Source: Perkinsela sp. CCAP 1560/9
Taxonomy: Eukaryota; Protista; Euglenozoa: Kinetoplastea
Assembly: GCA_965644495.1 (NCBI GenBank)
Contig: CBFFSA010000002.1
Location: forward strand, 806,001 to 870,000
DNA length: 64,000 nt
Reading direction: 5' to 3'
In this document: in pieces, positions 35,218 through 44,962 of the stretch
Position numbering within the stretch: the first letter of the stretch is position 1
Layout: the number at the start of each line of letters is the position of its first letter
Made by a program: the position numbers and the translations under genes
Notes under the pieces: generated by a model
What the model was told of the DNA's origin: nothing
What the model saw: only the letters and a program-made list of their open reading frames with translations
Databases searched by the model: none

Positions 35218-35701
35218 GTTTTGAGCGCGCGGACCATTTCGAGTGCTATCCCCCTATTTAATAGTGTTATTTGAGGGGTGTATTCACCATAGGATTCACC
35301 CAGAATATTCTTCTCTTTATGTCGAGAATGTTGCACTTTCTTGTCTTATACTATACCCCCCCTGCTTATGATTTCCCCGGATTTGAGAAAAGGGAACTCA
35401 TAAGCGTACCAGACTAGAATTCGAGCCAATTTTGAATTTGAATGTTTAATACTTTTGGTAATATAAATCTGTTTGGTAATATAACAGATTTATATTACCA
35501 AACAGATTTATATTACCAAAAAAAAAGCGTAATATATATCCGAACCCCCCTTTACAAATAATGGATTTGCAGCACAATACTTTTTCGGGAAAAGTACGAC
35601 TTCATAATCTCCCCCTTGCCCTTCAGCGGCTGATTCTCAACGACAATCAATTCGAAGGCAACGTAGATTTACACTCGCTTCCCCCAGATTTGTGGGCGCT
35701 G

Positions 35702-36287
35702 GATACAGTTTCTGTACCTTGTTGGTACTTTTTCCTTAGTTCATCCTTTCTTTCCCCGGCAACGGGCATACTCTTACTGTATTTTCATGCCCGTTGCCGG
35801 CCGGCACTAAGGCCGAAACTGTCCCTCTCTATTGTTGAAGCAGGGGACGCGCTTCCACCCCTTCATCCCTTCCCGACTCACTCCCCTGGAGTGAGTGTGC
35901 TTCCCTCTCTCAGCTTCCCCTTCTCTCGCAGTTACCTTTCCGAAGAGGCCATGCGTCACGGTGGCCTCCCTTGAGGACCACTAGGCGTGTCCTCCGCCGA
36001 CGAGACTCCCGGCTCTCCGCACCTGGGGGTCGCCCAGCTCTCTGCACCTCGGCTCTGTCGCAGCTCTCTGCACCCGGATTGCCCCCGAAACTGTAATATG
36101 GAGAATACGCAACCGGCTCTCTGCACCTGCGCATGACAACCGAGCTCTCTGCACCTGGGACCCCAGCTCTCTGCACCCGCACACCTCCGGCGAGGGCGAA
36201 CCCACACTTGATCCACCCGCCGTATGCGGGCACCGACTTTGTGAGCATAATCTCTGCACTATAAGTGCATGAACGAACAAACTAAAG
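35702..36287 (+). ncRNA. spliced-leader (mini-exon) RNA gene repeat unit, circularly permuted orphon
   Basis: GATACAGTTTCTGTACCTTGTTG|GTAC = SL exon nt 17-39 plus donor GT; insert ends with AACTAAAG = SL exon nt 1-8. Confidence 0.82.
36012..36177 (+). repeat. six 12-bp direct repeats gctctctgcacc with 10-41 bp unique spacers
   Basis: Copies at 36012, 36037, 36063, 36116, 36144, 36166. Confidence 0.9.
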
Positions 36288-36866
36288 AACAATCCTGAGT
36301 TGTGCAGTAGTTCCCCCCGCTAAATAGGGGGGGGAGGTGGTAGTTGTGGGGTATGGAGGCCTCTCGCAACTCCGGGGCCTTACCGGGAGCAAAAAATGCA
36401 GTTTTAGACTCCCAGAAGTAGGACTGAATATAAATCTTATTTTTCCGGAAATTTAAAAAAATCGTGTGAAAAAAAATTTAGGCCTCGAAAAAATATTAAG
36501 GTCTCGATTTTTTTGGAATCGATTTATGACAGATAAAGGTGCGGCTTACCGGTGACGCACTTTTTAACATAATTAAAATGTACGTTTTTTTAATTAACGT
36601 AGCATTAAATAACGTAATAATTAATTTTGGTCAAAAAATGGCGAAAAATAATTAATAATTTCTTTTTTTAAATTTCTAGCAGATGCCTCAAGAATACGGC
36701 CCGTTGCCCTTGGAAACTACACCCATAGGCGGTGGACTATTTCGCTTTAGGTGGAATTTTGGATAAGTGTCCAAACTTTGTTCAATTTTTTGGGCTTAAA
36801 AATAGTAAACCTCAATTTTTTTGTGGAACTGAATTTTTTACTACCGCGCCACAACAACATAAATTA

Positions 36867-38001
36867 CCGTCCGATCCATAATTAAGGAATAACTTCAATT
36901 AGTGCAGGGGATTTTAAGAGAATAGTTACTGCACTAATTGAATGTGCACTAATTAAGTGTGCACTAATTAAAAGCGGAACTGTATCTCTTGGAAAACTAG
37001 AAAAAGACAGAAAATAATTCGCACAAAATAATTCGGAAGATTAATGGTTAACAAATATCTGGTCAAAAAAGTAATTTGCGCACAAGGATTCTGAAGGTTA
37101 GGTGTTAATGAATATTTGGTCAAGAATAACATAAAATCCGATCGAAAAGGAAGCAAAACTAGGTCGCACATGAATGAATCTCAAAATTCCCTTTCAAAAT
37201 TCCCTTTGATGCACGTACCCATGTCCATTCGCGGTTTGTTTCATCCAGCTTACAGAAAAATTCATCCATGTTAAATACGAGTTCTGGGAGAATGTGGGAA
37301 TATTTTTTTAGCTCATCATAAAAGAATAAACCAGCCTTCTTCACTTCAGGAAGGGAAACCGTGCGATCGGATGTAGCGGCTCGGACAGTAAATCCGTTGT
37401 CGTGCAAGAATCTGCGTGCCCAAGAGCAACTTATGACGTAGGGGCCTCCATTCTCAGAAAGAAGTTCAGACCGATCTCTACCCAATATCCCTCGAGCCAT
37501 GCTTGCAACCAAGGATGCATCAACAGGTTTGTTTAACACATTGTACATCTTAATGCCATCTAAAACATCATTCTTTTCTGCATCCGTAAGCATATCTTTT
37601 CGGCCACGCTTACCGGAAGGAGCATGGTCTTTCAAAGCATAGGCACTTCGTTCAGACATTTTCTTACCGTGCGTTTGATTCCAAATCTGCATGCTAGTCA
37701 AAACGGAACGACTCTCACAAAGTGCTTGGAATTCACGTACTTCTTCATCACTCCACGTATTTCTCTTTGCTTTGCGCGATGAGCGTTTAGCCTCAAGTTC
37801 CTCCACAAGATCTGCCACATGCCGTGATACGCAAAAATTGTTTGAGGCAAGCGTCGACTGCGACGGGGCCATAGCAGGAAAAAGTAATAAAAAATGAAGA
37901 GTTTCTCCACAAACAATAAAAAAATTAATTATTGCACTAATTAAATGTGCACTAATTAAATGTGCAAAGATTTTTCACCGCAGTAATTATGGATCGGACG
38001 G
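36867..38001 (-). mobile_element. pogo/Tigger-like transposon, internally deleted
   Basis: TA|ccgtccgatccataatta ... taattatggatcggacgg|TA; ORF 37872-37159 with CENP-B-type HTH (SWARRFL..GFTVRAAT) and VFNMDE; subterminal tgcactaatt repeats. Confidence 0.9.
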
Positions 38002-38209
38002 TAACGTAACTTTAATTAACGTAGCATTAATTAACGTAAACATTTTTTTCTCGTCAGACATTACGTTAATTAATGTTATTCTTAATTAAAGTTTCACCAG
38101 TATATGACAGAAAAAGGTGCATCTTAGTATGACAGATAAAGGTGCGAGTTAGTATGACAGATAAGTGGCCACTTTCTATGACAGATAAAGGTGCGAGTGG
38201 CGTGACCAA

Positions 38210-38570
38210 AAAGAAAAGAATTGACCCCAAAAAAAGTAGAAATTTTATTTTTCCAAAATTGACTCCTAAAACGTATTTTGAGAGTTTTGGACCTCAGCTA
38301 CCATTCTGCTACGTTTTTTTCGACTGATTCGCCTCCTGCCCCTACTAGTGAGGCGTCCAAAACGGCCCAAATTCGGTTACAATTTCGCAATTTTCGCCGA
38401 AAAATCGAGTTTTTTCATCCAAAAAAATAGATTACTCATGATTTTTTGGCAATTTTTCTTTTTTAGGCCCTTCGTTAAACGCGGCGGTAATTTTCAACGC
38501 GAAGCGCGCAGCATGAGTGACTTCTAAGTTGAAAACAACGACCGCGTTTAATGAAGAACCTAAAAAAGGA
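38210..38570 (+). mobile_element. family A1 3' half with terminal palindrome
   Basis: Collinear with ~42005-42355. Confidence 0.7.
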
Positions 38571-38583
38571 AATATTCCGTTAA

Positions 38584-39090
38584 TTGCGGGGGTTGTGTAC
38601 AACCTCTGCCTCTTCGTCTTTATGGTGGCCGGGTGGGGGTGAATCGAGATGGGTGATAAAATCCCGAAAAAGGGGGGGATACTGTTGATTTTCTTTTTCG
38701 CCAGAGGGTGTGATTAGCCAAGTCGTCAGGTCCAGTGACTACATCTGAGAGGGTTGGGTTCGATTCCCACTAACGTACTTTTCGTCCGACTACACTGGGA
38801 TTAGCTAAGAAGCTTGGGGCCACGATATCCGAACGGATTCGTCCATTTGCCTATCCCACCCATTAGCATGCGCGTTGGAAGGGGTTTCGAACCCGCTACT
38901 CGTTGTTTTTGCACAAACTACACGAAGCACGAACGTCGTTAGTGGGAAGCAATTTGCGAAGCAGAAGGTGTGGCATGGCGAGGGCCCGCGTGAGCGGGCC
39001 TGAGCCATACGCGACGTCGTTAGTGGGAAGCAATTTGCGAATATCCGTTTAACAACAACCACCGCTTTTTCACGAAGCAGCTAGCACACC
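38584..39090 (+). mobile_element. compact family-A relative containing a tRNA-like sequence
   Basis: TTGcgggggttgtgtacaacctctgc hairpin start; acaaccaccgc..acgaagcagcta near 39056-39085 resembles the family A 3' arm. Confidence 0.45.
38708..38778 (+). pseudogene. tRNA-like sequence (A box, B box, T4 terminator; anticodon arm degenerate)
   Basis: tagccaagtcgtcagg (A box), gggttcgattccc (T arm), imperfect gtgtgat/aacgtac acceptor stem, followed by tttt. Confidence 0.6.
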
Positions 39091-39189
39091 GACATTAACT
39101 TAGGATTCACGCTTTTTCACTTATTTATGATAGTTAGTTATTGTGCCTATAGCTAGCTATTATGCCGGGGGGCACAATAACCCGGAAGA

Positions 39190-39280
39190 CGGTTTAGTAA
39201 AGGCCAAGATTTGCCTCGTCCGGCTAAAGTAAAAGGTTCTCTTCATACTCAGGAATACAATCTAGCACGACTTGTACCAA
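39190..39280 (+). pseudogene. orphan LRR-family leader fragment
   Basis: DLPRPAKVKGSLHTQEYNLARLV with no LRR body. Confidence 0.7.
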
Positions 39281-39344
39281 TATTTCTCTCTACTCCTCCT
39301 TTTAATCCTCTCTCTCTCCCTTCTCCTCCCACCCCCAGCTCCCC

Positions 39345-40295
39345 ATGTCACGACCCCCCGCACCCGATTTCTCCCGCCTCCTCCATCGAGCATGGGAAAA
39401 AATGCGTGACATCGTCCCCCGCACCCCTCCCTCCAGCCCCTTCCCCGGATCCAACCCCTCCTCCGGGGTCCCCCGTATGGTCGCAGCCCCCGCCCTCACC
39501 GCTCTCGTCGCCGGCACCCTCGGATACACCGCCTACCACTCCATGTTCTTCGTCCCCGGGGGTCACCGTGCGATTAAGTTCAACGCGCTACTCGGGCTGT
39601 TCAACCACACCTACGGGGAGGGCGCCCACTTCGCGGTGCCCTACCTCGAGACCCCGATCTACTTTGACGTGCGCGCGAAGCCCACCGAGGTGGTCACCTC
39701 CACCGGCAGCCGCGACCTGCAGATTGTGAATGTCTCCGTGCGGGTGCTGTACCGCCCCGGGCTCGACACCCTCCCCTCGCTGTACCGCTCCCTCGGGATG
39801 CGGTACGCCGAGACCGCGCTGCCCTCGGTGATCAACGAGGTGATTAAATCCGTCGTGGCCCAGTTCAACGCCTCCGAGTTGCTGACACGGCGCCCGGAGG
39901 TGAGTAAGCAGATTGCGGCGGCCCTCACCCAGCGTTCCGGGTCGTTTTATATTGATATCTCCGATGTGGCGATTACCAACATGACGTTTGGGAAGGAGTA
40001 CACCGCGGCGATTGAGGCGAAGCAGATTGCGCAGCAGATGGCGGAGAGGGCGCGGTTTCAGGTGGATCAAGCGTTGCAGGAGAAGAAAGGGATGATCGTG
40101 TTGGCCGAGGGGGAGGCAGAGAGTGCAACGCTGATAGGGGAGGCGATTCGTTCGCAGCCAGGGTTTCTCGAGATGCGTCGTCTGGAGGCCTCTCGAGCGA
40201 TTGCAAAGATGATTGGGGCAATGACCAACAGCACAAAGGTGGTACTAGATTCCGATATGCTGATGATGAATACTGCATTAAAAGGGTCTGCGTAG
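39345..40295 (+). CDS. PHB2: prohibitin (PHB2-like)
   Basis: VPGGHRAIKFN, FDVRAKP, TGSRDLQIVN, VVAQFNASEL, AIEAKQIAQQMAERA. Confidence 0.93.
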   Translation: MSRPPAPDFSRLLHRAWEKMRDIVPRTPPSSPFPGSNPSSGVPRMVAAPALTALVAGTLGYTAYHSMFFVPGGHRAIKFNALLGLFNHTYGEGAHFAVPYLETPIYFDVRAKPTEVVTSTGSRDLQIVNVSVRVLYRPGLDTLPSLYRSLGMRYAETALPSVINEVIKSVVAQFNASELLTRRPEVSKQIAAALTQRSGSFYIDISDVAITNMTFGKEYTAAIEAKQIAQQMAERARFQVDQALQEKKGMIVLAEGEAESATLIGEAIRSQPGFLEMRRLEASRAIAKMIGAMTNSTKVVLDSDMLMMNTALKGSA

Positions 40296-40805
40296 TAAAG
40301 TGTCACTTTTTTACTATGAAAATCGGTACGAAGCGGGTCGGAAATTTTTCAAATGTATTTGAGGAACAAAGTAGCTTTCATAGATGAATTATGATTATGC
40401 AAGGCAACAAGAACGCTTAGTGCTCGGATGCGAAGCTCAAGAAAAATAATCTTGAAGAATATTGCTTCCATACATGATCATCAATATGTATACTTTTAAA
40501 GACAAACGAAATGTGCATCATGTACATGTAAACTTTATATGAACATGAAGTAGATACATCAGTACAATTAAGTTTAAGTACATTAAATACATTGTACGCA
40601 CACTCCATGTCCGATAGAAAAATGGTAAATAATTTAGCCGTGGCTAACTTACTTGCGCCTACCAAATTAAGTGAGCTTTTTCACAAATTTGATTGTCCCT
40701 TAGATTTAGTTCTCCAGTAAAAATAAATCTTGAAACGCGTGTGTGCGAGTTTTTTGGTCAGTTAGTTCATGACTTTTTTTCTATACGCTTTGTGGCACAT
40801 TTTAT

Positions 40806-41525
40806 ATGTTGTATATTTGCGCGGCTGATGTTCCGAGCACTCGCCCAGGTAAGATACGAGGCAGTGAATTACCTCAGGAATACAAACTGCATCGTTTTGC
40901 GCAAGGAATAAAGCCTTTGCACCCCACTTGGAGCACTAACACTCCTGCATGTGAATGGTATGGTGTGAGATGCGATAAAGAAGGAGAAGTAACAGAACTT
41001 GATTTCAATGATGGCAGCCTGCAAGGGACTGTTTTTTTGGAACACCTTCCAAAGTTCGTCGTTATGGTGGACCTTAGTTGCAATGAATTTCGCGGTTTAG
41101 CAGAGTTTGGCTTGCTTCCTTCGAATCTTGAAATATTGAGGCTTCAGGGCAATCTATTTACCGGATCAATAGAGAATCTCCCAGGACTTTTACTCTATTT
41201 TTCAGTCGCCTGTAATATGTTGACCGGGGAATTAAACTTTGCACTATTGCCTGCTACTTTACACTCTCTCGATGTCAGTTTCAATAAACTTTCTGGAGCT
41301 CTTCACTTCGGGGATATCAAAAGCAAGTTGACCAATATTGATCTTAGGCGTAATTTTTTTGGGGGCGAAGTCAATTTTAAAAGCATCCCTAGTACGGTGC
41401 TTTCTTTATTATTAGAGGGAAACAGCAATCTCAGTGGCGTGGTAGACAGCTCAACATATGATGGTCCATTGCATGACTGTCTTACCTTGTTTACCGGGCG
41501 AACTAAAATACGGTTGCCTGACTAG
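40806..41525 (+). CDS. small LRR protein
   Basis: MLYICAAD..RPGKIRGSELPQEYKL leader, CEWYGVRC cap. Confidence 0.92.
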   Translation: MLYICAADVPSTRPGKIRGSELPQEYKLHRFAQGIKPLHPTWSTNTPACEWYGVRCDKEGEVTELDFNDGSLQGTVFLEHLPKFVVMVDLSCNEFRGLAEFGLLPSNLEILRLQGNLFTGSIENLPGLLLYFSVACNMLTGELNFALLPATLHSLDVSFNKLSGALHFGDIKSKLTNIDLRRNFFGGEVNFKSIPSTVLSLLLEGNSNLSGVVDSSTYDGPLHDCLTLFTGRTKIRLPD

Positions 41526-41644
41526 GAGGTCCGTGGGATTAAGCCCGGTGAAAAACTACCAAAAAAGCCCTCTTTTATTTGAAGAATAAACCATATCACA
41601 GCTTGATAGCGCTATCAAAGTTTGATAAGTCCATCACAATTTAA

Positions 41645-42355
41645 TTGCGGTGGTTGTATAACTACCGCTCTACCCTAGATTATTGAAAAAAAAGTGAACA
41701 AAAACAGTGAAAATATAAAGAGGACCACAGTAATATAATAGAAGAAAAATATATAAAAGGGGCCCCGGTGGTCCAAAATTGAAAAAAAAATTGAAAAAAA
41801 TGGGGGGTCCATGGGGAGGCAGGGGGCATACGTCGCGAAATTTTTTTCGAATTTTTTTTGCTTTTCGAAATCGAGCGCAGATAAGTGGTAGAGTAGGCCG
41901 CGGCGATAATTTTCCACCCCCCCACCTGGGGGTACCCCCCCTGGTACGCGCGGGAGGGGTCCGACAAAGTCAAAATTTCCGAATTTTTGGGGGAATTATT
42001 TTTTTTTTGACCCAAAAAAAAGTAAAAATATTATTCTTCCAAAATCGACTCCTAAAACGTATTTGAAGAGTTTGGCACTTCACCTACCATTCTACGACGT
42101 TTTTGTCGTCAGATTCACCTCCTGCCCCTACTGGTAAGTCATCCAAAACGGCCCAAATTCGGTGTAAAATTTCGGAATTTTTGCCGAAAAATCCAGCTTT
42201 TTCACCCCAAAAAGGATTTTACTCATGATTTTTTGGAGATTTTTCTTTTTTAGGCTCTTCGTTAAACGCGGAGGTAGTTTTCAACGCGAAGCGCTCAGCA
42301 TGAGTGACTTCTAAGTTGAAAATAGCCACCGCGTTTAACGAAGAGCCAAAAAAAG
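41645..42355 (+). mobile_element. family A1 element, complete
   Basis: 5' TTG hairpin to 3' 110-bp palindrome. Confidence 0.75.
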
Positions 42356-42386
42356 ATAAAAATATGCACTCCGGTTTAATATTTTT

Positions 42387-43310
42387 CTTTTTAGGCTCTT
42401 CATTAAACGCGGTGGTTGTTTTTAACTTGGAAGTCACTCATGCTGCGCGCTTCGCGTTGAAAACTACCACCGCGTTTAACGAAGAGCCTAAAAAGAAAAA
42501 TTGGCCTGGAAAGCTGAATAAAACGGAAAGATTATAGCCGAAAATAGCCGATTTTCGGGTAAAAATTTGGTCATTTTTGGGTATTTTTGCTCTCAAAACA
42601 CTAAATCCGACATTTGCGCGTGGGAAATCACTCGTAGGTATGAATGAAAGCCTACCGAACGTATTGGGTAGAGAATGCGACTCCAACCACGCCGTTCTTT
42701 CGACACAAAAAGGCCCCTTCGGGTCCGAAAACTACTTTTTCACCTTTTTTAGTCAAAAATGGGTCATTTTGAGGGGAGCACCACGGTTCGAAGAAAGGAT
42801 AACTTGCGAAAACAACGGCCGAGAAAGCTAGTATAGGTCCCAAACTATCAAAATAGAATAGGGGAAACGATTTTGGAAAAATACTTTTTTTTGCCATTTT
42901 TTTCGCCAAGTTGAAATTTTTTTGAAAACTTTTTTTTCGAAAAAAATCGAACTCGGCGGACTCGTCCTGCGGATACGCAGGGGGGTCACCCCCGGGTAGG
43001 GGGGTGGAAAATGCGCGCCAAGACCCCGGCTACCCTTTCTGCGGTTTTCCTTCGAAAACTAATTTTTTAGAAAAAATTTGCTCGACCATGACCCCCCCCC
43101 TGGACCCCCCCCCTGGACCCCCCCCCCTGGACCCCCCCCCATGGACCCCCCATTTTTTTCAATTTTTTTTTTCAGTTTTGGACCACCGGAGCCCCCTTTT
43201 ATATTTTTTTCTTCTATTATATTACTGTGTTCCTCTTTATATTTTCACTGTTTTTGTTCACTTTTTTTTCAATAATCGAGGGTAGAGCGGTAGTTTTACA
43301 ACCACCGCAA
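42387..43310 (-). mobile_element. family A2 element, complete, tail-to-tail with A1
   Basis: Reverse complement of 50817-51723. Confidence 0.75.
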
Positions 43311-43636
43311 TTCACAGTTATGTTGCTCTTATGCACTGTATTGGGTGTTCCTTTACAAAAATGCGTTATTTTCGTTTTTTGGGAATTTTTATAGTACACT
43401 AGGGTAATACACTAGGGTATACTTGTGGCTGTTGTACCTGCCCCCCTCACTCGTGAAAATTTCTTTTTTTCACATGGGGGTCTGAGGGTGCGTTTACATC
43501 GAACGTACACCAAACCCACTGTTGACTAAGGGATTTAAAATTGTTTTTGCAAAGGTTGGTTCTTTCTTTTATTTTTTGCTTTCGCGGGTCTACTTCAGCC
43601 TATATTTCGAAAAATCATGAAGTCCATTATTTTTAG

Positions 43637-44320
43637 ATGAATAAAACGAATGCATTCAGAACACGATTTCTTGGTAACAAGGGACGTTTCCGATGTCTTT
43701 TGAATACGAGGACATTACTGCATATCCGTCCACTACCAATTAAGTGGCTGAAGACTTGTTGCACCGGGGTAGCCGGGGAGTACGTTTCAGCCGAAGAGGA
43801 CAGCAAAGAAAGTTTAGGCAAAGAGCCTAAAGATTTTGAGGCACTAAAGAATTCTGCCTCGGACAAGGAGACAAACCATTTTGAAAAGCAGGAAACTTCG
43901 TTTCAAAAGCCTTGCGCTACAAAATATTTTCAAGAAAAATTAGGCACTAGCGGTCAGCAGTCTTGTGGGAAAAAGAAAACAAACAACTTTGAGGACTTTG
44001 CGCTGCAACCTTATCTTCGCTTACCCAATCCCTCACGTAAACCTCGCCGGATTCCTTCTCTAACTCGTTCCATGGGTAGATTTGTTTGTAAGAATTGTAA
44101 GAAGAGATATTCTTCCAAAGAAGTGTTGGTAACGGAAAGTTCCAGAAAATGCTATCAAGGAGTAGAATGTCCAGATTGTTTTCAGTCAAACAAACCGTAT
44201 TACATTTATAGTTCTTCTGCATCAATCTTTAATAAGCGAGTGGTCCAACCTACGGTACGAGCACCCTCTGGAAAGTGGAGATCGATTCCTATCGGGATAT
44301 TAAGAAGAAACGGATACTAA
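43637..44320 (+). CDS. zinc-binding (3CxxC/ZAR1-like) domain protein, possibly mitochondrial
   Basis: MGRFVCKNCKKRYSS...YQGVECPDC..NKPY; basic N-terminus. Confidence 0.65.
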   Translation: MNKTNAFRTRFLGNKGRFRCLLNTRTLLHIRPLPIKWLKTCCTGVAGEYVSAEEDSKESLGKEPKDFEALKNSASDKETNHFEKQETSFQKPCATKYFQEKLGTSGQQSCGKKKTNNFEDFALQPYLRLPNPSRKPRRIPSLTRSMGRFVCKNCKKRYSSKEVLVTESSRKCYQGVECPDCFQSNKPYYIYSSSASIFNKRVVQPTVRAPSGKWRSIPIGILRRNGY

Positions 44321-44962
44321 CGTACTTTTGATGTATGGTGTTCTGTAGACGGAAGACTTCTCTGTTCTAAGTTAGACTAACCTTTTAGAAAATTTACATC
44401 CCTGTATCTGTGCACAGGAATGTAAATTGACATGCGGAGGTCTAAAATTTGACAATATTGTACAACTTCAAAAGAACAGCGCTTTTCTGAGATGCTGCAG
44501 AGTTCATCTGTTCAGCGCGCCGGTGAATTTTGCGGCTGGTGAAGTACTGCAAAACATAGAGGGGTGCACATGGAAAATGCCTCACCTTTTTTGCCTTGCC
44601 TCCTCTCCCTCATGACATGAGGGATCTTCATGTTTGCGTGGGATCTTCATGTCATGAAGATCCCACGCAAAAATTCAGATTTCAGGACAAACTTCAAACT
44701 TTTCTTCAACTCGGCATTTCCTTAAGCATGGTTGAGTTGTTGTACGCTTCGCATTAAAAACTACATCATCGTTTAAATAAGTGCCGAAAGAAAAGAACTG
44801 GGAAAATAATTGATCAACATCAAGTTTTTTTAGATGAACGGCACGTTTTTTCGCGGGAAAGAGTAATTCGGTCCCCTATTTATGAATCAAACTTTATGAA
44901 TTTAAAGAATAAAACATGACGAAAATAGAAGTTCATACATACTACTCTATCTCATTTTACAA

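Larger units (their letters stand above)
35553..36308 (+). pseudogene. third, partial copy of the same LRR gene, split by an SL RNA repeat insertion
   Basis: 35553-35701 matches ~34942-35091; gaacaatcctgagttgtgcagt resumes at 36287. Confidence 0.88.

Noticed and set aside
36012-36177. CRISPR-like repeat-spacer array
   Set aside because: Repeats only 12 bp, spacers 10-41 bp and irregular, no cas genes, eukaryotic context; better explained as SL-repeat spacer elements
41645-43310. Single 1.67-kb element with ~170-bp TIRs
   Set aside because: Each half occurs separately elsewhere (A1 at 5437, A2 at 50817); it is two asymmetric elements tail-to-tail, and no TSD is visible
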